Source of the DNA: Selaginella moellendorffii | Lineage: Eukaryota; Plantae; Lycopodiophyta | Assembly: GCF_000143415.4 (NCBI RefSeq) | Contig: NW_003314460.1 | Span: 1-64,000, forward strand | DNA length: 64,000 bases | Direction: 5' to 3' | Shown: piece after piece, positions 51,342 to 62,500 of the stretch | How positions within the stretch are numbered: position 1 is the first letter of the stretch | How the letters are laid out: each line of letters opens with the position of its first letter | The notes under the pieces: generated by a model | The model's database searches: none | What the model was told of the DNA's origin: nothing | The model's input: only the letters and a program-made list of their open reading frames with translations | Program-made: the position numbers and the translations under genes

Positions 51342-53123
51342 TAAGGAAGGAATTCCTAAGTGTCTATTTAGCTGAGCATACTTGGCCCGGCTTGTTAGTT
51401 CTCTTTTGCTCTGTCTTGCACTGGCTTGACAAGAACCCTCGCGTATTGAGATTGGTCCCTCAATATCGCTGGATGATAGTTTACCGTGTCTGCCAAACAC
51501 CCTCGCTATCATGCCCTTTGTGTTAGTCTCATTTCGGTCCCAAATGCTATTTATGGAAAGTGTCCAGATTTGCTCATTTGGCATATCTACGGAATGTAGA
51601 GATCGGCCTGAACACAATGGTGTTCGTCCCGTGTCCAAATTTGCAATCTAAGGACATTCCATATTTAGTAAGTTTCGAGCTTGTCCCAGAGACTAACTCC
51701 TGATACTAAGGGAGGCTTGGGGTGAAAGCCCAAAGCGTGTGTCCCTCAAGGGGGGGGGGCTGTGGGGGGTTCCAAATGTATAGTAGGGATAGTGGGTAGG
51801 TCGGGCATGGCCGACCAACCTGAGGCATAGTTTAGCTCCCGCTTGCGTGCCTGTCCTTGTTCTGCGTCCGGCTTGGGTCTAAGCCCAAGTTCCATTCCAT
51901 GCTAGTTGGTGGAGTACCCATATCCTCGCGTTAGGCCACCGGTATGCTGAAATAGCGCCAGACTCCGTTTGGCTCTGTTTTGCGTGCTGGTCCTGGCATT
52001 GGGATGCTGGTTACTCTAGGACTGTTCCAAGTCGCTCTGGGCTCCTGTCCCTTCGCTCCTTGGGCTTCATGCTTGGGAGTTGCTCCGTGGTTCGGTTCTG
52101 TCACTCCTCGGCTCCATGCTTGAGAGTTTGGCACCGTTCCTTCGTTTAGTGGCCCAAGGCCCTGAACCTCGGGTCCTGTGGACACGTGGCATGGACACGT
52201 GGCATGTGACACGTGGCATCTGTCACGTGGCACAAAGAGGGTTCCGCTTCGTGGTGTTATCCTATGGTAAATCACCATAGGATAAAGGGTCAAAACCACG
52301 TGCGCTACACAGACCGACAAGCGGGGTAGCTTGGTGAAGTGTTCAAGAGCCGGCTCTAGTTCCCCCGGGAGATCGACTGGCCGATGCTCCCAGTCCAAGT
52401 ATGGGTGGCACTACCTACTTGGATACCTGGTGTGGCTCAACGGAACCCGCTCTAAGCCCATGGCTAGAGCACCCAAGGGCAGAAGGCGAGGAGAGTACCC
52501 AGGTGGCTCGCGTAAGGCCACGGTGTTCCGAAATGTTGTCCCAAAGGCCCAGACTATGGAAAGGAAGAGGAGCAGTCCTCTGGGGTAGTGACCAAGGACA
52601 CAGTCGTGTGGTGAGGAAGTCCCAGAGGACCGTGGGACTTAGTGGTCGGGCCTGTAGGCCTCGATCCAGTGGCAGTGTTGGCAAACACGGCCAGGGGCAG
52701 AAAGGGACTTAGTGGGGACTGACAGAGGGATATTGGGGAAGGCTATTCCCCTTGTTGGTGGGCATCCTAAGGATGCTAAAGAGTGGATCTGAGATGACCA
52801 CTCACGGATGGGTTACCTAGTCTTGGAGAGCCAAGACTGTGATGCAAGTGGTATTGGACTACCAGTGTGGCAAAGGTGATTAGGCATGGCCTTAGCGTAA
52901 CAGGCTGCTATGTCGGTGGTACCTTTGAGTGTCGGTCGTGGGATCGGACACGTGGAGCACTTGGACCAAGTGCAAATGTTGAGTGGCATGGATGCCATTC
53001 TTGGGGCTAGCAAGTCCCAAGTCCTGGATTGGACTTATGGAGGTTGTGAATGAGACTCCTCCAAGTGGTCAGAGGTGTGGTTAAGTGACTAAAGTAGAAT
53101 GGAAAATTTAGTCGCTTACAATT

Positions 53124-53135
53124 TGGTATCGGAGC
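53124..53135 (+). other. Primer binding site (tRNA-iMet type), outer element
   Basis: TGGTATCGGAGC, 3 nt after the LTR end, one mismatch to TGGTATCAGAGC. Confidence 0.88.
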
Positions 53136-56100
53136 TGTTCCTTAGTCCGACTTTTATTGGTGCTCAAGTATATCACCACTAGTGTTGGTATCGGAAGGTC
53201 CATGGAGTGGGCCTATCCTTGAGGAGTAGCAAGTCGGGAAGACATGGCTCTCCATTACAGTTCATGTGTGAACTTGTAGACGAGGTGGTGGATAGAAAAG
53301 GGCCAATAATGGAACGACTTTGGGATCTTGGGAACAGTGCAAGGTTTTCCTCATTGAGTTGAGGATGTGATCCGGATGAGCATTTGTCTCAGCAAGTTGG
53401 TTAAGGTTGTTATGGTAAACAACTAAAGTTGGGATCACGGGAAAGATAGAGACTCCAAAACAATAAAGGAGTCACAAGATTATCCTCATATAGTTGAGGT
53501 TGGTGCTCATGAATGTGAGACCAGAGGTAATGACCGTGGGAGGTCAAATACGGAAGAGGACTCAAGTCCTTGAAATGGTAGCCGGGGCTACCTTTAATAA
53601 ATGCTGGAACAACCCAAGGAGTTGGGGGGTGTACTTAGAGATGAGTGGTATTCTCATCGCATGGACAAGTAGTCCTAAGGGGCAAAAGTTGCCCCCAGAG
53701 AACAAAATCAAGTGTCGGAGTAACACTTGTGAAAATAGTCCTTTTGAGTAGGACAGGAATGCAAGAAGTGTATTCCAGTGAGCTAGTGCCTCACAAGTAA
53801 GACCTTAAGGGTCTGTGGATTAACCAAGTCCAAAACTGCTGGATGACTCAAGTAGAGTCAACAGATGGTCCTAAAAGGACTAATGGAAGCATTTGGACTG
53901 AGGTGTGTTGTACCCCATAAAGGATGGGGGGGGGGATCATAGGATCCAAGGATGAGAATAGAGGGTATCTCATTGATGGTAAAATGTGCCATGCTAAAGT
54001 TATGGGAAAGGTGTTCCCAGAAGAAAACAACTTTGACACGAAGTTGTGTGGGACCTTTATGGTGCAATGCTAACGGATGGTTGGCATGAGAAAGAGCGGT
54101 GTTGGTCTTGGCAAAGACTTAGACACGAAGGGGAAATGTCATAGAGGTAGGCTCGTGGAGCCGATGGTGTGGAGACACCAAATGTGCCAAGGTGTGATAC
54201 CTTGAGGCTATGTTGGTGGGTTCATGAGAACCCCTTGCCAAAGGAATCCCAATGGAAATGGGAATAGCATAGCCTCAGCTGCAGAGCATGCAGTTGGAGT
54301 GTGGTGACCCAGATAATGATGGAGGTGTGAAAGCACCAAGCAATGAGTTGTAGGACTTGACAACTATAAGGCAACTAAGCAAGAGGTGCAAAATAACTGG
54401 TTAAACGGGTAGAAGGTAGCTACCCAAGACTTCTTAATAGCATAGGGAAGTTGGATATACCCTTACGGGGGATAAGTTGCTTGTGTTGCGATATAGTAAG
54501 TCAATGTCATAAAAGGAAATACTCATTGTCAAGAAAGCCATCATTAGGACACCCGAACACTCTAGAACACCAAAGAGTGGTGTTTGATGTCGCGAGGGCA
54601 ATGGATAAAGCCCAAGGGACTAAGTCCCTAGCGAATGATGGATAGAAGGTGCTATCCAAATGTCCAAGGTTGCGGAGACAGGAGAGGACTGTCTACCCGA
54701 GTTGGACAAAGCCAAAAATGGAATTTTGGCAAGGCTAGTGATGGGCATGTAAAGGCCCATAAGCAACAATGTAATCCCAGTGTGTGGGATTATAAGGTGA
54801 GCATACCCGGATTGAGGAACCACTCCCTAGGCTATTGGGTAGGTTCACCCCTAAGAATACTTACTAAAGCATGATAGAAAGTGCAAAGCTATCCTTCTGG
54901 TCTGGAGGAGAATGACCAAAGGAAAGGTGTGAAGCCAAAAAGCAAGAAGTAAGGGGATAGAACCGAACCGTAGGAATCAAAGGGCATAACCAAGGTTGGT
55001 TATGCCAGCTGGGAGTGGAGAATCAAGTGGGGGCTCGAGGGTGTTGCCGCTAGCAACCGTGATGCCATGGAGAGTTTAAAATATGGAATTGTCCATGTTA
55101 GACTATGTGGCATTTGGAAGGCTTGCAAAAAGGGAGGCCTTAGCAAGCTGAGGGACAGAGTTCCTTCAAGGTTCCCAAAGACGATTCTAGGTAGCTTAGT
55201 ACCTAGAAAGGCCAAGTGTAAATGGTTCATGGAACGCGCGAAATCAGAGTGGCGCAGCAGAAGCGTGGTCTTGAAGCTTGCCATGAGGCAAGGCTATCAA
55301 GGTTAGGGAAGTAGTTCCCGAGTGTTCAAAGAGAGGGCTTTGAACGAAAGTCGATGGTCAAGGACTTTCACGCTTATGCAGGAACCATGTTACAGTGGTC
55401 GGAGGACTTGCCAAGCGAGATTGGCACGTCGGGGGAACAAATACCCTAGTTGAAGGTGATAACTTCAAAAAGGGTGGGCCATGGGGCCGAGCATGGAGGA
55501 GTCCATGCATGATCACAGACATGTCAAGTGAGAGGACTTGGCAGTGTGGAGGAACTAGGTTCCTAAACTGTGATCTGTAGCGCGCTTTAAAAATAAGGTG
55601 GTGCACCGGCGTGGGGAGTCACGCCAGGCATCTTGTGTGATGCCATCCGTAGATGCATACACGGAGGTTGGGTTCGAGTCCCGACCCTCTAGTGCTTGGG
55701 TTCGAGTCCCAAATCACTAGGGCGTGGTGATGGTTTGGAATATGAGGACACTCATATTTCGGTGGTCATGGACTCTCAGTGGGGAGACTGGTTTGGGCAC
55801 ACCGCCAAGCGAGGGATGCCTCGGAGTCGTGATGCACGGTTAGATTGCTTAGTGTGAAAGCTCAGCATATCTAACTTGAACGCTTTGGTGCAAGTGGCAC
55901 CAAGGACGTGGTGAGTGAGATGGGGACACCTAATCTCAGTTGCTATGAACCCTTGGCCGTAAGGGCTGGCTTGGGTGCACCGCCAAGTGTGGGGGATGCC
56001 CCCGGGGTTATAGTCAACAATTTGAAGGTCTGAAAGACCTAGTACCTATTGGCAAACCTGTTAAGGTGCCGAGGTGAGATCACTAGGTGATCTTGTGGCT

Positions 56101-57042
56101 AAATAAGGACAAAGTCTTTGTTTGGGTTAAGGAATAAGGTTCCTAGTTCAAAGTGTTGATTTGAACTATTGATGATGGTGTGGCTTGGTCAAGGTGACCA
56201 AGTGGGAAAAGCACCTTAGGGAAGTAAGCTATGTCATTGCGATGGCATAGTGTGAGCAAGGAAAGTAGTCTCTATAAGAGACCCATGGGAGGGTCACAAG
56301 TTGGGCTGTGGATAGAGCCCACAGCAGAAGGTGCTAAAGAGACTTGCTAGGGGTGAACACCCTAGTCTTGGCAAAGCAAAGCCTTTGCTAAGGAATCAAA
56401 GGAATACCTCAAGGAGGGAGGTAGACATTCGGTGTTGCTGGGTGCAACCATCAACGGATAGGAGCAAAAGATGAGTGGCCAGGATAGGGCCGTGGAATCC
56501 CTTGGAAGGATTCCAAGTGGCAAAGTTACGCGAGGAACACTAATGTGTTGAACGCTAACAAATTGCGGGAAAGGAAGTGTGTTTCCAAGGATGGATTCCA
56601 AATTGCTCCGATTTGGCGAAAGTGGAAGCTCCAAGGGAGGGAGCGGTAAGGTAGCCAAATGATAGGGCGATGGACAACCCTAGCACAAAGTGTGATAAAT
56701 GGAACTTAGTGCCCAAGGTGGCACGAAATAGAAGAGAGGATGATGGTGCCCTCAAGTAATGAACTTCCTAGGATAGGGAAGTAGAGTTGCACAATCTGTG
56801 CAAGGCAAGGTGTTAGAGACACCTAGGAAATTGACTTCCAAAAGTCAAAAGAGTAAAAGTTCCAAGGTGCAAACATTCAATAGATGGAAATTGAGACTAC
56901 TCGAGAAGGAGTAGTGGGATTGACTTAGAGAAGGGTCTCTAAGAGGTTTAGCGGGAACTAAACCAATAAAAGGAGAGAACCACTACATGTGGTCCAATCA
57001 GTCTCCAAGTTGGAGAGACTACCCTCCTTAGAGGATATGCAA

Positions 57043-57130
57043 AAGGCATGGTGAGCCTTCAATGTCCAACCATTGACGAATATGGAGAAGGCATGGTGAG
57101 CCTTCAATGTCACACCATTGACAAATATTG
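57043..57130 (+). repeat. ~45-bp tandem duplication
   Basis: aaggcatggtgagccttcaatgtc..accattgac.aatat occurs twice. Confidence 0.85.
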
Positions 57131-57232
57131 GCTACGCGCCAAGGATGGAAATGGTAACACATGCGGGTGTTACTTTATAAAATGGTTCACCGTTCGATAA
57201 GGACATCGAACTTCGTCTATGGGTGGTGGAGT

Positions 57233-59028
57233 TGTGAGACACAAAATCCCTAGGCCCCAAAGTGGAGCCGGAAGGGCGCCACATGGTAGTGGCCGAAGCG
57301 AGAGCCAAACGAGCGTAACACGTTTGGACCAAAAGCTCCGACTTGAAAAGTCAAGAGCGGGAGTGGAACTCCCAACGAAGTGCTCGAGGAACGAGCACGA
57401 AGCGAGCAAAAGGCGAGGCTCCAAAAAGGGACCCAAAAGGACCAACACATGACACGTGGGAGTGTCCGAGATGGACTCGAGTTGGAGTCCGAAGTGGAGT
57501 CCGAGATGGACCCGAGTTGGAGTCCGAAGTGGAGTCCGAGATGGACCCGAGTTGGAGTACGAAGTGGAGTCCGAGATGGACCCGAGTTGGAGTCCGAAGT
57601 GGAGTCCGAGATGGACCCGAGTTGGAGTCCGAAGTGGAGTCTGAGATGGACCCGAGTTGGAGTCCGAGATGGAGTCCGAGATGGAGTCCGAGGTGGACCC
57701 GAGATGGACCCGAAATGCAGTTCGAGATGGAGTCCGAGATGGACCCGAGATGGAGTCCGAGATGGAGTCCGAGATGGACCCGAGATGGACCCGAGATGGA
57801 CCCGAGATGGAGTCCGAGATGGAGTCCGAGATGGACCCGAGATGGAGTCCGAGATGGAGTCCGAGATGGAGTCCGAAGTCGAGACCGAGACCGGGACCGA
57901 GACCGAGACCAAGACCGAGACCGAGATCGGGACCGAGACCGAGCCCGAGCCCGAGCCCGAGACCGAGCCCGAGCCCGAGACCGAGCCCGAATCCGAGTCC
58001 GAGTCCGAGTCCGAGTCCGAGTCTAGAGCCTGAGAGGGTGAAAGCCCAAAGCGTTCGTCTCCCAGACCCTGGGGGGTTTGGTGAGCTCCAAAAGTATAGC
58101 AGGGGGAGGACTGCAGTGGAGCCAGTTTGGCCAGGAAAGGCCAGTTTTTCCCAGGAAGGCCGGACCCAGTGCTGGGTGATGAGCTGCCCACTGGGAAGTC
58201 CAAGACTAGAGTGAACACAGACCGACAAGCGGGGTAGCTTGGTGAAGTGTTCAAGAGCCGGCTCTAGTTCCCTCGGGAGATCGACTGGCCGATGCTCCCA
58301 GTTCAAGTATGGGTGGCACTACCTACTTGGATACCTGGTGTGGCTCAACGGAACCCGCTCTAAGCCCATGGCTAGAGCACCCAAGGGCAGAAGGCGAGGA
58401 GAGTACCCAGGTGGCTCGCGTAAGGCCACGGTGTTCCGAAATGTTGTCCCAAAGGCCCAGACTATGGAAAGGAAGAGGAGCAGTCCTCTGGGGTAGTGAC
58501 CAAGGACACAGTCGTGTGGTGAGGAAGTCCCAGAGGACCGTGGGACTTAGTGGTCGGGCCTGTGGGCCTCGATCCAGTGGCAGTGTTGGCAAACACGGCC
58601 AGGGGCAGAAAGGGACTTAGTGGGGACTGACAGAGGGATATTGGGGAAGGCTATTCCCCTTGTTGGTGGGCATCCTAAGGATGCTAAAGAGTGGATCTGA
58701 GATGACCACTCACGGATGGGTTACCTAGTCTTGGAGAGCCAAGACTGTGATGCAAGTGGTATTGGACTACCAGTGTGGCAAAGGTGATTAGGCATGGCCT
58801 TAGCGTAACAGGCTGCTATGTCGGTGGTACCTTTGAGTGTCGGTCGTGGGATCAGACACGTGGAGCACTTGGACCAAGTGCAAATGTTGAGTGGCATGGA
58901 TGCCATTCTTGGGGCTAGCAAATCCCAAGTCCTGGATTGGACTTATGGAGGTTGTGAATGAGACTCCTCCAAGTGGTCAGAGGTGTGGTTAAGTGACTAA
59001 AGTAGAATGGAAAATTTAGTCGCTTACA
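57233..59028 (+). repeat. 3' LTR of the outer element (1796 bp) with CCGAG minisatellite 57466-58022
   Basis: Matches 43096-44180 + 52315-53120 apart from scattered SNPs and repeat-number differences. Confidence 0.95.
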
Positions 59029-59729
59029 ATGAGGAGATTTATAAATAAAATTTTGTTTAGAAATTATAGATTGTGCATGTTATTAGCTTCTATGCACTAT
59101 TTGGCAGAACAAAAAGGGAACACTACATTTAATAGAGTATGCATGACTGTAAGCTTTTAATTTTGTTGATGTTTCTTGTAAAAAAAATTATAAATTGAGC
59201 TAAAGGACAAAAAAAATGTAATTCAAAATAAAGATATTACATAAACAATAAAAAATTAAAAAAATATTTTAGAAGAAACTAAAATTTCTTTTCAAGATAA
59301 GAGCTTCAAATAGACTTGTTACATAGTTAGNNNNNNNNNNNNNNNNNNNNNNNNNNNNNNNNNNNNNNNNNNNNNNNNNNNNNNNNNNNNNNNNNNNNNN
59401 NNNNNNNNNNNNNNNNNNNNNNNNNNNNNNNNNNNNNNNNNNNNNNNNNNNNNNNNNNNNNNNNNNAATCACAACTTGAACAGATGTGTAGGAAGCTGAT
59501 ATATCTATCACATGTAGCCATAAAGATTCGAAAACTACAACAACTTTTGCTTGAAGCACTTGAAAAGAATGTGGTAGACAGCAACAAACCTGTACAACGT
59601 CGTGAACAGCCGGATGTCTGCCAGAGTGAGCGAGTTGCCACACAAAAATCTCAAGCACTGAAGGTGTTTCTCAACAGTTTCGAGTTGTTCCCTGTATTAT
59701 AGAATTAAAAATGAACAATTTTAGAATGG

Positions 59730-60515
59730 ATTAGCAATGGGTTTAAAGAAGATAGCAGAAAAAGAGATGCTAAGAGATAGCGAGCTCTTGATAAAGAAGA
59801 GATTGAGCTTGCAATCTTGATAAGCAGGATTGAACCACTTACACAGATATCCCAAGAAAACAAAAGTCGTGATGTAGCACACTAAGGACACAGCAAGCAA
59901 GGCATTATACCTGTGAAGTGTGCATCTTGTTCTATGTATAAAAGGTAAAGAAACGAGGAAGAACATTACCAGAACTGACTCTCTTTGGCAATCCATGCAG
60001 CATTCCAGTTGTATGTCGAGAGTCTTCCTGCCAGAAGAACAAAGAAACTATGGTTATAAATCCAAGAGAAAAGCACTAGATTTACTGTCAGCATCCACAA
60101 TGTCATTGGGAAGAAGGATGAGGCAAAGCACAGTGAGACCAGACCAGACGATAAGAGCTTGATCATTCAGTTGCCACGATGCCAAGAGTCCCTGTGATTT
60201 CTTTGGTACTTCCCAAAGCTCTCATGTGTAGAACAGCTTGTGTGCCAAACAAATCCTTCCCAGGCGAGTAAGGGAAGTGATTAATCCCTGGTCCAAGCGA
60301 AAAAAAAAGTAGGTGTTGTTGCAAATCACAAGAACTTACACGGGATTTTCTCACGTGAGGTCATGCAGCATCCATGCGAGCAGCAAGGAGAGTGCAAAGA
60401 GGCTGCAATACCCGATTCTTGCCAATCGGCAAGAGATGCTGCTCGCTAATCCCTCACAAGCCTGGCAAGCGTAAGCTGTGCAGCCGGATGCTAGACAAAA
60501 TGTCGCCCACATCAT
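59730..60515 (-). pseudogene. SERINC (serine incorporator) 5'-half pseudogene
   Basis: MMWATFCLASGCTAYACQACEGLASSISCRLARIGYCSLFALSLLLAWML, INHF..TQAVL, WNAAWIAKESQFW|YNALLAVSLVCYITTFVF..WFNPAYQDCKLNLFFI; deletions and frameshifts. Confidence 0.85.
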
Positions 60516-61239
60516 CAGATGCTTGCTGGATCAAGAAGCAAAACCTTAGAATTTGATTACATTGTCCCTCGCTTTAGATTTTTTTTTTATAACACTAATG
60601 CCATGTTGTTCTGTTGTAGATTTTCTATCGTTACAGAACTGAAAGGCAGAGAGTTTATGGTTGCAGTATTCTTGCAGTGATCTGGGTGGGATAAAATCCT
60701 AAACTTTGTGTTGTATAGCTGTTTTACAGTTTTGGAGCCTATTGAAATATCCAGTGTTTGCTCGAAATTTCCCAGCGAGGAGCGCACTGGCAATGCAGCA
60801 GCTTTGTGCACTGGCGCTCTCAAGTTATCGTCACTGCAGCCACTGATATGAACGTGACTGGCCGCTCAATCGATCAGATGCCATATCTGAGCGCCAATGC
60901 CATACCATTTTAAGGTTTCTTTTTCCTCCAAGTTGTCCAGATAGCCAGCTGAGTAAATCCCAGGCTGTTCACTGGGAATCCACAGCAGTGTGGCAGTCAC
61001 TGCCTTCCTGACATTCTCGAGTTTTCTCAAAAAGTGGTATCATGAGACGGTGCTCAAGCCGGGACAGCCTCCACTTCCACCGGGATCTTTGGCAACGTGG
61101 CTGCTTTTCTCAGAGGTTTCAAGTCTGGAAGACCGACTACATTGCAAAGTTGAGTGATCTTGTACTTTCTTTCGCTTGTTTAACTGTCGCTTTTTCTTGG
61201 TTTCAGGTATAATCGAGTGGGTTTTACAAGGCGTTTCTG

Positions 61240-62500
61240 TTCTGGCAGCATGCAATTTTGTAAAGACAGCTTTGAGACAGGATGGCCGGAGAGCACTGTT
61301 GTGCTCATTGGACGAAATTTGTTTGCAGGGTTAACTGGAAAGAGCCACTTGAAGCTCCAAGCCCGCTGTGAACAATCCCAAAGCTCTCAAGCAGTATGTG
61401 CCCCTCATCGTCAACAACATAAAAGCGTCCCTTGTGAGGTGGTCTACGCAGGATAAGATCGTTCTTCTTACCAGTAAGCAATTGTCTTAGTTTTCTTGTT
61501 GACACTGGTTTTTTCTGATATGACAGTTCACGTTTCTAACTGTCCTCTACATTTTATATGGGAAAGACTCCAGTCTCGACATGGAAGAGACTTTCTCCTT
61601 CTACTACATTGTCAACCAAGGCATTCAGGCTCTCCCCATCAACTTCCTCGGCACTGCCTACAACAAAGCCATATGCGCTGTACATAGCTTTGTGACGTTT
61701 TCTCATTTTCAGGCCGAGGCAAAAGCTCATCAAGCTTATCCAGGACGTGATCAACCAACGCTTCTGGAAAGCCGCAGGAAACAAGCATTCTTTCGTTGCT
61801 CATGGATCAGCCGGATGACAAAAAAGAGGTGCTGGAAGACGCTCATATCATAGACATGCTCAACATGTACATGAATGCTGGTCACGACTCAACGGCTCAT
61901 GTCATCATGTGGCTGATGATTTCCTAAAGAAAAATCCATGATGCGCTTGAGAAAGTGAAGATAGACATTTCCAATTTCATACAAACTTTCCTTCATACAA
62001 AATTTCTTCTTTAGGCCACATCCAGACTATTCTGTAAGAGTTTCAAAACTTCTGTAATTAAAAAAGAAAAAAGTATTCTACTGAATTGTACCTCATACAA
62101 GATGATACGCTATGTATTCTCATGCCTCCACTGTTCTAATTCATCTCTGTCGCTTCTGTATTTCGAAGGAAACACTATTTATAAAAACTCTACATTTATG
62201 GTTACCCTTTTCTCCAATGGACCTAATGACGACGTGTTCAAGATAGAGACAAACTGGTAGGTATTCTTAAAGAACCATAGAACTGAACACCATCTCTTTA
62301 AGGGCAATCTATGAGGCGCTTGTGAGGCTCTGAAGTGTTAACCTCCTCTGGATATCTTTCAATAACGAGAAAAAACCTTTAACCTATGAAAGGTACTTTT
62401 TCACTGCTTCTTTCATGTTTTATGGAGTCAAGTTACAGCTTCTGGAATTCTATGAGCAGCATCTGAGGAATGTCTAGGGAATGAGAAATAGTAAGGTGTA
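61240..62500 (+). pseudogene. Cytochrome P450 pseudogene, CYP88 (KAO)-like
   Basis: FETGWPEST..LIG, VNQGIQALPINFLGTAYNKAI, I-helix IIDMLNMYMNAGHDSTAHVIMW and a degenerate heme motif ECLGNE; frameshifts and stops. Confidence 0.8.

Larger units (their letters stand above)
44181..52309 (+). mobile_element. Non-autonomous LTR retrotransposon nested in the outer 5' LTR
   Basis: TG...CA ends; TSD CAGAC (44176-44180/52310-52314); 5' LTR 44181-45320; PBS TGGTATCAGAG 45323-45333; PPT AGGGGGGGAGAG 50235-50246; 3' LTR 50247-52309, rearranged; internal region has no ORF. Confidence 0.95.
53121..57232 (+). ncRNA. Candidate highly structured non-coding internal domain (chain of short stem-loops)
   Basis: Dense consecutive 5-10 bp inverted repeats throughout, with no ORF. 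Transcription is inferred only from the LTR/PBS/PPT architecture. Confidence 0.6.
43096..59028 (+). mobile_element. Non-autonomous (LARD-type) LTR retrotransposon, outer element
   Basis: TG...CA ends; TSD ATGAG (43091-43095/59029-59033); 5' LTR 43096-53120 split by the nested element; 3' LTR 57233-59028; PBS TGGTATCGGAGC 53124-53135; PPT GGGTGGTGGAG 57221-57231; no gag/pol ORF. Confidence 0.95.

Noticed and set aside
55640-55720. tRNA gene
   Set aside because: Only T-arm-like motifs; no acceptor, D or anticodon arms found.
45321-57232. gag/pol coding regions in either element
   Set aside because: No long ORF and no recognisable protease, RT (YxDD), RNase H or integrase motifs.
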